A stretch of DNA of 64,000 nucleotides from contig JBCKWO010000001.1 of NCBI GenBank assembly GCA_038922535.1, forward strand, positions 1,723 through 65,722, given 5' to 3'. Below the pieces are notes generated by a model. It was not told the DNA's origin, searched no databases, and saw nothing but the letters and a program-made list of their open reading frames with translations. The position numbers and the translations under genes are program-made. This stretch comes from Methylobacter sp. Lineage in GTDB: Bacteria; Pseudomonadota; Gammaproteobacteria; Methylococcales; Methylomonadaceae. How positions within the stretch are numbered: the first letter of the stretch is position 1; every line of letters starts with the position of its first letter. Shown one piece after another: positions 50,570 to 62,800 of the stretch.

Positions 50570-53254
50570 ATGACACTTGCAAAATTAACACTCTCCCGCC
50601 TGGAAAACCTTTTACTGACAGCCTGCGACGATCTTCGCGGCAATATGGATGCAAGTGAATACAAAGAATATATTTTCGGCATGCTGTTTCTCAAGCGCGC
50701 CAGTGATCTGTTTGATCAACGTTGTGAACAGCTACGCAAGGAACTGCAAGAGCAAGGCCTCTCGGAAGCCGATATAGCAGAAGAATTAAAAGACCTCGAC
50801 AATTTCTCCGGTAAATATTTCTATGTGCCACCGGCAGCGCACTGGAGCGCCGTAAAGCATCTGAAAGAAAATGTCGGAACCGGCTTGAATAAAGCCCTGG
50901 AAGCGATTGAAGATAATAATATCGATGCACTGCAAGACGTTTTAAAAGGCATAAACTTCAACCGCAAAATCGGTCAGCGAACTTTGGATGATGACACCTT
51001 GGCGGATTTTATCCAGAATTTTGAAAAAATCCCGTTGCGCGACCAAGACTTTGAGTTTCCCGATCTATTGGGTTCGGCTTACGAATGGCTAATCAAATAC
51101 TTTGCCGATTCGGCGGGTAAAAAAGCCGGTGAATTCTACACCCCTGCCGAAGTAGTGCGGGTTTGCGTGGAGATTTGCGATCCGCAACCGAATATGAGCG
51201 TTTATGATCCAACAGTCGGCTCCGGCGGCATGCTGATTCAGGCGCGCGACTACATCCGCGAATGCGGCGGCGATGACTCGAACCTTTCCTTATTCGGACA
51301 GGAAAAAATGGGCACCACCTGGTCTATTTGCAAAATGAATATGCTGTTGCATGGTATCTCTCATGCCGATATTCGTCAGGAAGACACTCTGAAAAACCCC
51401 GATCATCTTGCAGAAAACGGCGAGCTGAAACGCTTTGACCGGGTACTGGCTAATCCGCCATTCAGCCAAAACTACAGCAAAAAAGACATGAAATTCCCCG
51501 GCCGTTTTGCTGTGTCGATGCCGGAAAAAGGCAAAAAAGCCGATCTCATGTTTATACAACACATGTTGTCGGTGCTTAAAGCCGACGGCAAATTAGCCAG
51601 CGTGATGCCGCATGGCGTTCTGTTTCGCGGCGGCGAAGAGCGGGAAGCGCGTAAATACTTTATCACCAAAGGCTATCTTGAAGCGGTCATCGGCTTGCCC
51701 GGTAACCTGTTTTACGGCACCGGCATTCCCGCCTGTATTCTGGTCATGAACAAAGCCGGAGCGGCGCAGCGCAAGCAGGTATTGTTTATCAATGCTGACC
51801 GCGAATATCGCGAAGGCAAAGCCCAGAACCACCTGCGGCCAGAAGATAGTGACAAAATCGTCCAGGCCTACCGTGCAGGTGAAGACGTATCGGCTTATGC
51901 GCGCCTAGTGCCGCATGATGAAATTGCCGCCGAAGACTACAACTGCAATATCCGTCGTTATGTCGATAACGCACCCCCGCCGGAGCCTCAGGACGTGTAT
52001 GCGCATTTACATGGCGGTGTGCCGAGCGCTGAAATCGATGCCTTGGCGCATTTTTGGGATAACTACCCAGGGTTGCGCGAAAACTGCTTTATTCCTCGTG
52101 CCAGCGATGCCACGTATCACGATTTCAGCGCTGCGATAGCCGATAAACGGGCGATTGCCACACAGGTCAGCACTTTTAGCGGCGTCATCGAACGTCAGCA
52201 AACCTTTATGCAGCAGGTGGAAGTCTGGTGGCTGGAGAATTTACCGTTTATTGCAGCGCTGGCGCCCGATCCTAAAAACCAAAGCGAGCTCATGGGCAAC
52301 GTTTACGCACTGCGCCGCGCCTTACTTAAAAGCATAGGTATTGCTCTTGGCGGACAAAACCTGTTAACCGGCTATCAGGTGCGCGGCGCTTTTGCCAACA
52401 CCATCAACCTGCTGAAAGCCGATTTAAAATCGATTGCCGCCAGCGGTTGGGGGCCGGAGCTGATTCCAGATTACGATATTCTGATTAGCCAATTTCCCGA
52501 GGTGCTGGAAAAAATACAGCAAAACAGCGCCCGTCTGACTGAATTACAAGCCTTGTTTGCCAGCGCCGATGAAGAAGATTTTGACGACAGCGAAGACACC
52601 GGCGTGTTACCCGGTGGTGAAGTCAAGACCCTAAAAGATGAACTGAAAACACAGAATGCAGAATGGAAAGCGCAGTTAAAAACACTCAAAGCGGCGGCGG
52701 GTGATATTTTTACCGAAATCAAAGTGGTGGGCTTGCCGCCCAAGACGGCCAATAAAAGTTATTACTGCACCGAAGGTTTTGGTCTACAGGATGTGGTGTT
52801 TGCCAATGGTCAGCGCATTCTGGATTTGGCGCAACAAGTGGGCTTGCAATCGGAATGGACGGTTCTTGTTGAACAATCAATGGAAGCCGGGCAACTGGCA
52901 AAAACACTGGCCGAAGCCGTTGAACAACGCCTGGAGGCGCATAAAAAACTGGAAGATGAAGCCAGAGCCTTAAAAGCCGACATCCGGGGCATTGAAAATA
53001 AACAACAGGAATTGGTCGAGCAAGCGCGAGCCAACATCAGTAATGATGAAGCCCGTGTCGTGATTATTGAACGGCTAAGGCGGGTATTGATGGACAGCTA
53101 TCAGGCTTATTTGAGAGCCGATCAGCGGCAATGTGTGGCGGCGATTGAGAATCTTTGGAGTAAATATGCGGTGACGGCCAAGCAGATTGAAGCCGAGCGG
53201 GATCAGGCGGCGGAAGAGTTGAAGGCGTTTTTGGTGGAGTTGGGGTATGAGTAA
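50570..53254 (+). CDS. hsdM: Type I R-M methyltransferase subunit (long form)
   Basis: [30 protein letters not shown]. Confidence 0.95.
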   Translation: MTLAKLTLSRLENLLLTACDDLRGNMDASEYKEYIFGMLFLKRASDLFDQRCEQLRKELQEQGLSEADIAEELKDLDNFSGKYFYVPPAAHWSAVKHLKENVGTGLNKALEAIEDNNIDALQDVLKGINFNRKIGQRTLDDDTLADFIQNFEKIPLRDQDFEFPDLLGSAYEWLIKYFADSAGKKAGEFYTPAEVVRVCVEICDPQPNMSVYDPTVGSGGMLIQARDYIRECGGDDSNLSLFGQEKMGTTWSICKMNMLLHGISHADIRQEDTLKNPDHLAENGELKRFDRVLANPPFSQNYSKKDMKFPGRFAVSMPEKGKKADLMFIQHMLSVLKADGKLASVMPHGVLFRGGEEREARKYFITKGYLEAVIGLPGNLFYGTGIPACILVMNKAGAAQRKQVLFINADREYREGKAQNHLRPEDSDKIVQAYRAGEDVSAYARLVPHDEIAAEDYNCNIRRYVDNAPPPEPQDVYAHLHGGVPSAEIDALAHFWDNYPGLRENCFIPRASDATYHDFSAAIADKRAIATQVSTFSGVIERQQTFMQQVEVWWLENLPFIAALAPDPKNQSELMGNVYALRRALLKSIGIALGGQNLLTGYQVRGAFANTINLLKADLKSIAASGWGPELIPDYDILISQFPEVLEKIQQNSARLTELQALFASADEEDFDDSEDTGVLPGGEVKTLKDELKTQNAEWKAQLKTLKAAAGDIFTEIKVVGLPPKTANKSYYCTEGFGLQDVVFANGQRILDLAQQVGLQSEWTVLVEQSMEAGQLAKTLAEAVEQRLEAHKKLEDEARALKADIRGIENKQQELVEQARANISNDEARVVIIERLRRVLMDSYQAYLRADQRQCVAAIENLWSKYAVTAKQIEAERDQAAEELKAFLVELGYE

Positions 53255-54512
53255 TGTCAGTGACGCCAACTGGCAAGATGTTCGCCTGATTGACCTCGCG
53301 CATTACTTCAACGGAGTTGCCTTTAAACCATCGGATTGGTCGGAAGATGGCTTGAAAATTGTGCGTATAGAACAACTTAATAATCCACTAGGTGCCTATG
53401 ATAAATATAAAGGAACTGTTCTTGAGCCCAACAAAATACAAGACGGCGATCTCATCTTTTCATGGAGTGCTACCCTCAAGGTGGCAATCTGGATGTATGG
53501 AGATGCGGTACTAAATCAGCATCTTTTCAAAGTAGTTCCCAAGGTGGGTTTTGACCGTCGATTTATTTTCTTTCTGCTTGACTACAACATGGAAGCGTTA
53601 GGTGGTGGTTCACACGGCTCGACGATGAAACACATCAAACGAAGCGAATTGGATAAATATCTTGTTCGCGTACCTGGGTTACTTAAGCAACGAAAAATCG
53701 CTACCATCCTCACCAGCATCGACACAGCCATTGAAAAAACCGAATCCCTAATCGCCAAATATCAAAAAATAAAAGCTGGTTTAATGCACGACTTGTTTAC
53801 TCGTGGCGTTACCGCTGATGGCAAATTGCGCCCACCCCGCGAACAAGCGCCGGAGCTTTACCAGGAGACACCGATTGGTTGGATACCTAAAGAATGGCAG
53901 TATGAATTTTTGGATGAATTGACTATTCGGGGGAGTGGTCACACGCCGAACAGGAATATTATGGAGTACTGGAATGGTGGTATAAAGTGGATTTCGTTAG
54001 CAGACTCCTATCGACTCGATAAACTCTATATATCAGATACTGACAATCAAATTAGTAAACTTGGTATTCAAAACTCTTCTGCTGTTATGCACCCTGCTGG
54101 AATTGTAGTGATGTCTAGGGATGCTGGCATAGGGAAGAGCGCAATCACAGTCGAAGCGATGGCCGTAAGCCAACATTTTATGAGTTGGCGGTGTGAACAT
54201 AAAATGGATAACCATTTTCTATATTACTGGCTTCAATATAAAAAACGCATGTTCGAAAATATTGCTATGGGGAGCACGATCCTTACTATCGGTTTGCCAT
54301 TTTTCAAAAAGTTGAAAATATCCGCTCCTATAGATAAAGACGAACAGGTCGAAATAGGGCAAAAGCTCAAATTAATCGATCAGAAAATTTTTAGTTTAGA
54401 ATCTGATCTAGTTAAAAAGCGACACATGAAATATGGACTTATGCAAGACCTGCTAACCGGCAAAGTCTCAGTTAACGTTGAAGCGCCACCTCTGGAAACA
54501 CCCCATGTCTGA
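53247..54512 (+). CDS. hsdS: Type I R-M specificity subunit
   Basis: Two TRDs separated by QRKIA.IL..ID...K.GLM.DL.T repeats; GWIPKEW. Confidence 0.93.
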   Translation: MSNVSDANWQDVRLIDLAHYFNGVAFKPSDWSEDGLKIVRIEQLNNPLGAYDKYKGTVLEPNKIQDGDLIFSWSATLKVAIWMYGDAVLNQHLFKVVPKVGFDRRFIFFLLDYNMEALGGGSHGSTMKHIKRSELDKYLVRVPGLLKQRKIATILTSIDTAIEKTESLIAKYQKIKAGLMHDLFTRGVTADGKLRPPREQAPELYQETPIGWIPKEWQYEFLDELTIRGSGHTPNRNIMEYWNGGIKWISLADSYRLDKLYISDTDNQISKLGIQNSSAVMHPAGIVVMSRDAGIGKSAITVEAMAVSQHFMSWRCEHKMDNHFLYYWLQYKKRMFENIAMGSTILTIGLPFFKKLKISAPIDKDEQVEIGQKLKLIDQKIFSLESDLVKKRHMKYGLMQDLLTGKVSVNVEAPPLETPHV

Positions 54513-54546
54513 ATACTCGGAAGTCGAAAAGCCATTCCTCAACCAG
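54505..54546 (+). repeat. 42-bp copy of the hsdR 5' end (vs 56362-56403)
   Basis: First 29 bp identical; 3 synonymous mismatches overall. Confidence 0.9.
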
Positions 54547-54635
54547 ATATTCGTATGTTGTAATGATAGCGCTGCTTATATAGGGCGATTTGATAGACAG
54601 GTAAAGATTACCATAAACGATCGGCTATTTTTGCC

Positions 54636-55277
54636 ATGATTTACAAGAATCTCAATCCCCAGAAGGCACTGATCTGGCGCATCGTCCACTGCGATAATTT
54701 GTCGTGGATTTTAGATAATGGGCTGCACTGCGCGAACTGGGACGTGGTAGCGCCAAACTACGTCAACATCGGCAACACCGATTTGATAGACAAACGCTGC
54801 CATCGTGTGGTGCCGATAGCGCCAGGTGGCACGCTGGCGGACTACGTGCCGTTCTATTTCACACCGTTCTCGGTGATGATGAAGAACATCCACTCTGGCC
54901 GGGGTGTGCAGCAGCACAAAAATGAGGAAATCTTGATTCTGGTGTCCAGCTTACATCATGTGCACTCGCTGGGCTTGCCCTTTGTGTTTACCAACGCGCA
55001 CGCATTTCCAGACTGGACCAATTACTATAATGATATAGCACAATTGAGCGAGATTGACTGGCCGCCTCTGCAACGACGGGACTTCAAGCGCGATGCTGAC
55101 GACCCGCGCAAAATGGAGCGTTATCAGGCCGAGGCATTGGTGTTCAAATACTTGCCAATTCAGGGTGTACTCGGTATTGTTTGCTATACAGAAGCATTGA
55201 AACAAAGCATTGAATCACAGGTACAGGCGCGCGCCTTGGCCCTGCCGGTTTATGCCCGAACAGAGTGGTACTTTTAA
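54636..55277 (+). CDS. darT: DNA ADP-ribosyltransferase toxin DarT (DUF4433)
   Basis: [29 protein letters not shown] (catalytic Glu). Confidence 0.92.
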   Translation: MIYKNLNPQKALIWRIVHCDNLSWILDNGLHCANWDVVAPNYVNIGNTDLIDKRCHRVVPIAPGGTLADYVPFYFTPFSVMMKNIHSGRGVQQHKNEEILILVSSLHHVHSLGLPFVFTNAHAFPDWTNYYNDIAQLSEIDWPPLQRRDFKRDADDPRKMERYQAEALVFKYLPIQGVLGIVCYTEALKQSIESQVQARALALPVYARTEWYF

Positions 55278-56353
55278 TGATGATATTTACACAAGGCAAT
55301 TTACTGGAGTCGAGAGCCGAGGCGCTGGTCAATACCGTTAACACGGTTGGGGTAATGGGCAAGGGGATAGCGCTGATGTTCAAGGATCGGTTTGCCGACA
55401 ACTTCCAGCGTTACTCGACAGCGTGCAAGGTTAAGCAGGTACACACCGGCCAGATGTTTGTGACCGAGGTATGCGAGCTAGATGGCCCACGTTGGATTGT
55501 GAATTTTCCGACCAAACAGCACTGGCGTGCACCCTCGCAAATGACTTGGGTGGTGGAAGGCTTGCAGGATTTACGGCGCTTTCTGATTGAGAACAAAGTC
55601 AAATCCATTGCCATCCCCCCACTGGGCGCTGGCAATGGTGGCTTGGAGTGGGCTGCTGTGCGTGAACAAATTGAGCTGGCGTTGGGTGACCTGGCAGACG
55701 TTGAGATCATGGTGTTTGAGCCGACCCAGCAATATCAAAACGTAGCCAAGCGAGCTGGTGTTGAAAAATTAACACCGGCTCGTGCAATGATTGCTGAGCT
55801 GGTTCGCCGTTACTGGGTGCTGGGCATGGAATGTAGCCTGTTGGAAATTCAAAAGCTGGCGTGGTTCCTGGAACGAGCTGTCGAGCAATTCTCGCCGGGA
55901 GACAATCCATTGAATTTACAATTTGTTGCGCACAAATATGGCCCCTATGCCAACCGGCTGAGCCATCTGTTGAACAATCTGGATGGCAGTTATCTTCATT
56001 GCGATAAGCGTATTAGCGATGCCGATCCTCTTGATGTAATTTGGTTCGATGATAATCGCAAAACCTACGTGCAAACTTACCTGAAGACAGAGGCCAAGGC
56101 TTATTCGCAAGCGTTGGAATATACGGCTGCTTTGATCGATGGTTTTGAATCTCCATTTGGCATGGAGCTTTTGGCAAGCGTCGATTGGCTAATCAGCAAA
56201 GAAGGCGTTGAGCCGACGGTTCAGGCCGTACATGAGGGTTTGAAACGCTGGCCAGCGGGTGCCGCAAAACGCAAAAGTAATCTATTCGACGAACGTGCCA
56301 TCGGTATCGCATTGGAACGCCTGACTCATCCGCCCGCTCTCGCAATAGTCTGA
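55277..56353 (+). CDS. darG: Macrodomain antitoxin DarG
   Basis: [43 protein letters not shown]. Confidence 0.92.
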   Translation: MMIFTQGNLLESRAEALVNTVNTVGVMGKGIALMFKDRFADNFQRYSTACKVKQVHTGQMFVTEVCELDGPRWIVNFPTKQHWRAPSQMTWVVEGLQDLRRFLIENKVKSIAIPPLGAGNGGLEWAAVREQIELALGDLADVEIMVFEPTQQYQNVAKRAGVEKLTPARAMIAELVRRYWVLGMECSLLEIQKLAWFLERAVEQFSPGDNPLNLQFVAHKYGPYANRLSHLLNNLDGSYLHCDKRISDADPLDVIWFDDNRKTYVQTYLKTEAKAYSQALEYTAALIDGFESPFGMELLASVDWLISKEGVEPTVQAVHEGLKRWPAGAAKRKSNLFDERAIGIALERLTHPPALAIV

Positions 56354-56361
56354 GATAAGCG

Positions 56362-59300
56362 ATGTCTGAATACTCGGAAGTCGAAAAGCCCTTTCTCAAT
56401 CAGCTTGAATCCTTAGGCTGGACGGTTATCGATCAGGGTTGCCAGATGATTCCTACCGATCCTGCCGAAAGTCTGCGCACCAGTTTCCGGGAATGGCTGT
56501 TGCCGGAGGTGTTCCGCGACTCGGTGCGCGCCATCAACAGAACCGATGACGATCAAGAGTGGCTGACCGATAAACAACTGGATGATTTGCGCGATCAGCT
56601 ATTGCGTCAGCCCAATCGCACCTTATTGGAAGCGAATGAAGCCATTCAGGCTTTGTTATTTAAAGCCCAGGTTGATGTCAATGAACTGACCGGCGAGCAA
56701 GACCCAGTGGTCAAGCTGATCGATTTTGCCCAGCCTGAAAACAATCAGTTTCATGCCATCAATCAATTTCGGGTCAATACGCCCGGTTGCATTAAAGAAT
56801 TTATCATTCCCGATATTGTGCTGTTGGTTAACGGGATTCCGTTGGCTATAGTCGAGTGCAAGGTGGCGGGGGCAAATTGCGCCAATCCGATGCACGAGGC
56901 GTTTATTCAGCTGCAACGCTATCGTAATGCGCGCCGGGCGACCCATGAAGCGGGCTTAAAGGAGGGCGAGCCGCGTTTGTTTCATAGCAGTTTGTTGTTG
57001 ATTCGTAGCCGGGGCACACAGGCTGACTATGGCACCATTACTTCCGGTGAAGAACACTTTTATGCTTGGAAATCAATCTGGCCTGAACACTATGCCGAGT
57101 TTGCTGCGCCTTTGGGCGAAGTACGGGAACAGGAGTTATTGATTCAGGGGATGCTGAACAAGGAAAATCTGCTCAGGATTTTGCGCACTTGCACGGTATT
57201 TATGGATACCGATGGCGGGCCTCGTATCAAGGTGGTGTGCCGTTATCAGCAATTTCGGGCAGCCTACAAAATTATTGAACGGCTACGGCAAGGTGAAAAT
57301 CCAATGGCGCGTAGCGGTGTCGTTTGGCATACCCAGGGTTCCGGTAAATCGCTGACCATGGTTTTTGTCGCCCGTATGCTTCGAACATTAAAGGATTTGA
57401 GCGACTTCAAGATACTGCTGGTCAATGACCGTACCGACCTGGAAGATCAACTGGGCGAGACTGCAAATTTAATCGGCGGGCGGGTCAATATTATTGAGAA
57501 TACCAAAGCGCTGCGCGGCCATTTAAGCGCCGATACCTCGGATATTAATATGGTCATGGTGCATAAATTTCAGGAGCGTCAACAGGTTATGCCGCAGTGG
57601 GTTGCGGAAGCCTTGGGCAGTTATCAGGCGATACCGAGCGGTAAAACCTTTGGTGTGGTCAATGACTCTGAGCGCATCATTATTATGATTGACGAGGCGC
57701 ACCGCACCCAAGGTTCTGACTTTGGCGATAATCTGTTTGAAGCCTTTCCTAATGCGACACGAATCGCCTTTACCGGTACGCCGCTGATTACCGAGCGGCA
57801 CGGCGAAAAGAAAACCGTCAAGCGCTTTGGCGAGTATATCGATTGCTATAAGCTGATGGATGCCGTTAATGACGGGGCGACGCTGCAAATTCTTTATGAA
57901 GGCAAAACAGCGGATACCGCGCTGAATGAAAAGAGCGCCTTTGAACATAAATTTGAGGATTTGTTTAAAGAGCGCAGTGATGAAGAATTGCTGGCGATCA
58001 AGAAAAAATACGGCGCTACCGGCGATATTCTTGAGGCGGAGAAACGCATCGAAGCGATAGCGCGCGATTTGGTGAATCACTATGTCGATAATATTTTACC
58101 GAATGGTTTTAAGGCGCAGGTGGTGTGCCATTCCAAGGTTGCGGCGATTCGTTATCAGACTTTTATCGAGCAAGCCATTGCTGAACGCTTAAGGTTGGAG
58201 CAAGGCCAAGCCGTTGTTGACGCCAATCTGGTTGCCGGGATTGGCTTTTTGAAAGCTGCTGTAATTATTTCTTCGGATGGCACTAATGAGGCCGCCTCTG
58301 TCACGCGGGTACGGAAACAGGCTAAAGCCTGGAATGCGGTGGCTAATTTTTGCAAACCCTTCGATCTGGACGACCCCGATAAAGAATACACCGGCATTGC
58401 TTTTTTGATTGTCTGCGATATGTTGCTGACTGGGTTTGATGCGCCTGTTGAGCAGGTGATGTATATCGACAAAAAAATCAAAGAACATACCTTGTTACAG
58501 GCGATTGCCCGAGTCAACCGGGTTAAGAAAGGCAAAACTCGCGGTTATGTCGTCGATTATATTGGCTTGGCGAATCATCTGACCGAAGCGCTTACCTTGT
58601 ATGCGGCAACCGAGGAGCAGGAAGAGTTGCGTAATGGTTTGAAAAATATTACCTCTGAGCTGCCGATTCTGGAGGAGCGTTATCAGCGCTTGCTTCAGCA
58701 TTTTAAAGCCTCCGGCGTTAACCGGATTGCTGCTTTTGTGCAAGGCGAATTGCCTGACTTACAAGCGGATGCTGCGGTGGTGCATACGGCGGTTAAGGTT
58801 TTAAAGGATGAAAAGTTACGCGCGGATTTCGAGGTGTATTTTAAAAAGTTTTTGTTGAGTCTGGATGTCATCTTGCCTCACCCGGCAGCAAACCCTTTTA
58901 GAGTTCCCGCCAAACGGTTTGGTTATATCTTGCGGGTCACCAAGGAACGGTATAAGGATAATAGCCTGCAATTGGGTGATGCCGGTGAAAAGGTCAAGCG
59001 TTTGATTAATGAACATTTAATCAGTTTAGGCATTAATCCTAAAGTGCCGCCGGTTGAATTGTTGTCAGACGATTTCATTCAAAAGCTGAATGAACATGCG
59101 GGCGGTAATGATGAGGCGAAAGCCAGTGAGATGGAGCATGCGATTCGAAAGCACTGCACCGTCCACTTTGATGAAGACCCGTCATTCTATAAAAGCTTGT
59201 CGGAAAAAGTCGAAAACCTGATTGAAAAGCATCAAGGGGAATGGGACGTGCTGGCAAAAGAACTGGAAAAGTTAAGAGGCGTAGCTATTGCCGGTCGCCA

Positions 59301-59622
59301 AGTCGGTGAGGAAGGCATGACCAAGGAGGCCACTACTTTCTATGCTTATATTGTGGCAATCTCTTTTCCTGATGGCAGCGTACCGGCAGAATCAAAGAAT
59401 GCTCTTAAGGCATTGATGGAACAGGTCGTGGAACAGTTGCAGGAATCCATAGGCAGTATCGATTTCTGGCAGAATCCCGACAAGCAAAAAAAGATGCGCA
59501 GTGAGTTGAAACGCTGCGTGTTATTGTCGGGTGTGCCTGAACTGAAGCAGAACCGGGAGCGCATAGCTGTTGAGATTATGAAACTGGCGAAGAACCGTCA
59601 TGACGAGTTATTAAAAAGTTAG
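56362..59622 (+). CDS. hsdR: Type I restriction endonuclease subunit R
   Basis: PDIVLLVNGIPL..VECK, WHTQGSGKS, DEAHR, FTGTP, MLLTGFDAP, QAIARVNR. Confidence 0.95.
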   Translation: MSEYSEVEKPFLNQLESLGWTVIDQGCQMIPTDPAESLRTSFREWLLPEVFRDSVRAINRTDDDQEWLTDKQLDDLRDQLLRQPNRTLLEANEAIQALLFKAQVDVNELTGEQDPVVKLIDFAQPENNQFHAINQFRVNTPGCIKEFIIPDIVLLVNGIPLAIVECKVAGANCANPMHEAFIQLQRYRNARRATHEAGLKEGEPRLFHSSLLLIRSRGTQADYGTITSGEEHFYAWKSIWPEHYAEFAAPLGEVREQELLIQGMLNKENLLRILRTCTVFMDTDGGPRIKVVCRYQQFRAAYKIIERLRQGENPMARSGVVWHTQGSGKSLTMVFVARMLRTLKDLSDFKILLVNDRTDLEDQLGETANLIGGRVNIIENTKALRGHLSADTSDINMVMVHKFQERQQVMPQWVAEALGSYQAIPSGKTFGVVNDSERIIIMIDEAHRTQGSDFGDNLFEAFPNATRIAFTGTPLITERHGEKKTVKRFGEYIDCYKLMDAVNDGATLQILYEGKTADTALNEKSAFEHKFEDLFKERSDEELLAIKKKYGATGDILEAEKRIEAIARDLVNHYVDNILPNGFKAQVVCHSKVAAIRYQTFIEQAIAERLRLEQGQAVVDANLVAGIGFLKAAVIISSDGTNEAASVTRVRKQAKAWNAVANFCKPFDLDDPDKEYTGIAFLIVCDMLLTGFDAPVEQVMYIDKKIKEHTLLQAIARVNRVKKGKTRGYVVDYIGLANHLTEALTLYAATEEQEELRNGLKNITSELPILEERYQRLLQHFKASGVNRIAAFVQGELPDLQADAAVVHTAVKVLKDEKLRADFEVYFKKFLLSLDVILPHPAANPFRVPAKRFGYILRVTKERYKDNSLQLGDAGEKVKRLINEHLISLGINPKVPPVELLSDDFIQKLNEHAGGNDEAKASEMEHAIRKHCTVHFDEDPSFYKSLSEKVENLIEKHQGEWDVLAKELEKLRGVAIAGRQVGEEGMTKEATTFYAYIVAISFPDGSVPAESKNALKALMEQVVEQLQESIGSIDFWQNPDKQKKMRSELKRCVLLSGVPELKQNRERIAVEIMKLAKNRHDELLKS

Positions 59623-59624
59623 CC

Positions 59625-60332
59625 ATGAATTTACGAAAAGTCAGAGATATCGAGTATCAGATTCTCCCCGGTACGGAGCGCAAAACCACCGATATTGTGA
59701 TCGAGCGTGATGGACTGGTAAATGTTCGTCCACCCAGGCATTTTTCAGTTGAGCAGATTGACGCCGTGGTCGAAAGTAAACGCATGTGGATTTATAAGAA
59801 CCTGGCGGAATGGCGGGACATGAATGCTGCACGGGTGGTGCGCGAATGGGTTAATGGCGAAGGTTTTCTGTATTTGGGGGGCTCTTATCGATTATTGCTG
59901 GTTGCCGAGCAGGATGAGCCTCTAAAGCTAAAAAACGGCCGTTTTTGTTTGCGCCGGGATATTATTGACCAGGGCGGCGAGCAGGCGGCTAAAGTTGTTT
60001 TTGAGCGATTTTTCGTGGGCAAAGGGCTTGAGCGACTGCGCTCGCGGGTCGATTATTTTGCCGCTAAAGTCGGTGTTAAGGCTCTGTCGGTAACCGTCAA
60101 GGATTTGGGTTATCGCTGGGGTTCCTGCTCAAAAGATGGCAAGCTGGCTTTCCATTGGAAGTGCATGATGGCCTCGCCTAAGGTCATCGACTATATCATT
60201 GTGCATGAGCTTTGCCATCTGCATCACAGAGATCACACTGAGGCTTTTTGGAATGAAGTTGATAAGGTGCTGCCGGATTACCGGGAAAGAAAGGAAAGTC
60301 TACGGAACAATGGGGCAAAGTTTGATTTGTAG
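59625..60332 (+). CDS. M48/YgjP (DUF45) zinc metallopeptidase-like protein
   Basis: RWGSCS, YIIVHELCHL.H.DH...FW; typical hsdR neighbour. Confidence 0.88.
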   Translation: MNLRKVRDIEYQILPGTERKTTDIVIERDGLVNVRPPRHFSVEQIDAVVESKRMWIYKNLAEWRDMNAARVVREWVNGEGFLYLGGSYRLLLVAEQDEPLKLKNGRFCLRRDIIDQGGEQAAKVVFERFFVGKGLERLRSRVDYFAAKVGVKALSVTVKDLGYRWGSCSKDGKLAFHWKCMMASPKVIDYIIVHELCHLHHRDHTEAFWNEVDKVLPDYRERKESLRNNGAKFDL

Positions 60333-60574
60333 TTAAGGCTACCAACTTAAGGGAACCTCTATTAATAACGCGATAAGATGGGCTAATTTATAGGAGGCGC
60401 ATCAATCGCGGCCGATGCGCTTCACTGTATTCAGCATATCCTATCGAGCTGTCAAAAATCTGAAAAACGAATTAAATAAAATTGCATAATCAAAAAACTG
60501 ATACATTAAAACAAGTTATAAATCCGATCTAACACAAGACAAGTTACCAAAATTACACTCCATCAGGAATCACT

Positions 60575-60817
60575 ATGCAAGTACAACTACAACCCGAATT
60601 TGATGAGGTATTACAACCATTAGGTAGTCATGCGCTGGAATTTTTCCTTGCTGCCAGTTTGTATCATGCTCGAAAAATAAGTTTTGCCAGTGCCGCACAC
60701 ATGGCTGGGCTGGACTTTGATGCCTTTAAAACCCGCTTATCAGAACATTTTGAACAAGGGTATATCATCGCTGATGAATGCGTTTTGGAAGATATACGCA
60801 CTATAGAAAACCTTTGA
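60575..60817 (+). CDS. UPF0175-like antitoxin
   Basis: LAASLY..RKISFASAAHMAGL. Confidence 0.75.
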   Translation: MQVQLQPEFDEVLQPLGSHALEFFLAASLYHARKISFASAAHMAGLDFDAFKTRLSEHFEQGYIIADECVLEDIRTIENL

Positions 60818-60820
60818 GCC

Positions 60821-61297
60821 GTGAAAATAGTACTCAACACCAGCCCTATTATTTTTCTAAGTAAAATCGACAGTCTTCACTTATTAGTCGATTGTGTTGA
60901 TGATATTTACGCACCGCAAGCGGTTATTCAAGAGTTGCGTGATTACGCTCCGCCAACTTTCATAAAAGCACGATCGCTTTCAGCTATGGGTGCTGCATAC
61001 ATCCAAGGCGCGCTGGGGCGACTGCATCAAGGTGAATTAGAAGCGATTGTTTTGGCTCAAGAATTATCGGCTGATTTTGTGGTTCTGGATGATTTGTTAG
61101 CAAGGCGAAAAGCGCAACGTTTAGCGATCAATGTGATTGGCACACTGGGCTTATTACTTTTAATTGAAAAACGTGGCTTATTGACTGCTGAACAAGTGGG
61201 GCAAAAAATAACCCTATTAACCCAGCAACATGGACTGTATTTATCACCCAAAATACTACAGCAAATTCAAATAAAACTTTTGGGCAATGGGTCGTGA
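60821..61297 (+). CDS. DUF3368 PIN-like protein
   Basis: IVLNTSPII.LSKI, LHQGELEAI, LDD..ARR.A, GTLG.L. Confidence 0.82.
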   Translation: MKIVLNTSPIIFLSKIDSLHLLVDCVDDIYAPQAVIQELRDYAPPTFIKARSLSAMGAAYIQGALGRLHQGELEAIVLAQELSADFVVLDDLLARRKAQRLAINVIGTLGLLLLIEKRGLLTAEQVGQKITLLTQQHGLYLSPKILQQIQIKLLGNGS

Positions 61298-61497
61298 AAT
61301 CTCAGTGAGTAAGTCACGTTGCCCATCATATTGCGCCATAGCAGAGGGCTATTCCCTGTCGAGATCACCGTATTGTCAAGTAGCCTATTGCCTAAACACG
61401 CTTTATAATAGGCGGCAGACAGCATTGGGCTGCGGATATATTCTGCAATCGCAATGGCTCTCGGTTTGATCATCCTTAACGTAACAGGAACCCTTAA

Positions 61498-62577
61498 ATG
61501 TCTCAGAAAATTTTAGATGTAGTAAAACCCGGTGTTGTAACTGGCGATGACGTACAAACAATCTTTGCGATGTGCAAAAAAAACAGCTTTGCATTGCCTG
61601 CGGTAAACGTCATTAACACCGATTCGATTAATGCAGCGCTGGAAGCGGCCGCGAAAGTAAAGTCGGCCATCGTTATCCAGCTTTCCAATGGCGGCTCGGC
61701 ATTTTTTGCCGGTAAAGGCCTGAAAGCCGAAGGTCAGCAAGCGGCTATTTTGGGTGCTATCTCCGGCGCTCAACATGTACACGCCATGGCTGAAGCTTAC
61801 GGCGTACCGGTCATTTTGCACACCGACCACGCAGCTAAAAAGCTGTTGCCTTGGATTGACGGCTTGTTGGATGCCGGCGAAAAACATTTCGCGGCTACCG
61901 GTAAGCCATTATTCAGCTCACACATGCTGGATTTGTCTGAAGAAAGCCTGGAAGAAAATATCGAGATTTGTGGTAAATATTTAACCCGTATGTCCAAAAT
62001 GGGCATGACCCTGGAAATCGAATTAGGTTGCACCGGCGGCGAAGAAGACGGCGTTGACAACAGCGATATGGATCATTCACTGCTGTACACCCAGCCTGAA
62101 GATGTCGCTTATGCTTATGAACAGTTAAGCAAAATTAGCCCTCGTTTCACGATTGCCGCTTCTTTCGGCAACGTTCACGGCGTTTACAAGTCCGGTAACG
62201 TTAAATTGACACCTAGCATTTTGGCTAACTCACAAAAACACGTTTCTGAAAAGTTCGGCGTACCGACCAATACCCTGGATTTTGTATTCCACGGCGGATC
62301 AGGCTCCACGCCCGAAGAAATCAAGGAATCGATCAGCTACGGCGTGGTCAAGATGAACATCGATACCGACACCCAATGGGCAACCTGGGAAGGTATCATG
62401 AACTACTACAAACAACACGAAGCTTATTTGCAAGGCCAAATCGGCAACCCTGATGGTGACGATAAGCCAAACAAAAAATACTACGATCCACGCGTTTGGC
62501 AACGTGCCGGTGAAGTCGGCATGGCGGTTCGCTTGGAGCAGGCTTTCAAAGAATTGAATGCGGTTAATACCCTGTAA
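61498..62577 (+). CDS. fbaA: Class II fructose-bisphosphate aldolase
   Basis: LHTDH, ELGCTGGEEDGVD, FGNVHGVYK, VFHGGSG, KMNIDTD. Confidence 0.97.
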   Translation: MSQKILDVVKPGVVTGDDVQTIFAMCKKNSFALPAVNVINTDSINAALEAAAKVKSAIVIQLSNGGSAFFAGKGLKAEGQQAAILGAISGAQHVHAMAEAYGVPVILHTDHAAKKLLPWIDGLLDAGEKHFAATGKPLFSSHMLDLSEESLEENIEICGKYLTRMSKMGMTLEIELGCTGGEEDGVDNSDMDHSLLYTQPEDVAYAYEQLSKISPRFTIAASFGNVHGVYKSGNVKLTPSILANSQKHVSEKFGVPTNTLDFVFHGGSGSTPEEIKESISYGVVKMNIDTDTQWATWEGIMNYYKQHEAYLQGQIGNPDGDDKPNKKYYDPRVWQRAGEVGMAVRLEQAFKELNAVNTL

Positions 62578-62588
62578 TTCGATCAGTT

Positions 62589-62625
62589 AAAAAAAGGCCG
62601 GTGCGGTTGCATCGGCCTTTTTTTT
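62589..62625 (+). terminator. Rho-independent terminator
   Basis: AAAGGCCGGTGC-GGTT-GCATCGGCCTTTTTTTT. Confidence 0.8.
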
Positions 62626-62800
62626 GTCCGACAAGCGGCAGGATTGGCACCAAAAATCAGGGGATGAATGATGCGCAGTTATGATGGATAATGGTCTTAT
62701 TTAACAAGCGGCATAAAAGACGGCTCGTGAATTAACAACGCATGACGAATAACCTACTAATACAGTACACTATATCAACCTCACATTACGGTCTAGCACC

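Noticed and set aside
60340-60445. Possible IS end and degenerate REP at the right edge of the Type I island
   Set aside because: No matching partner end or TSD found in the window
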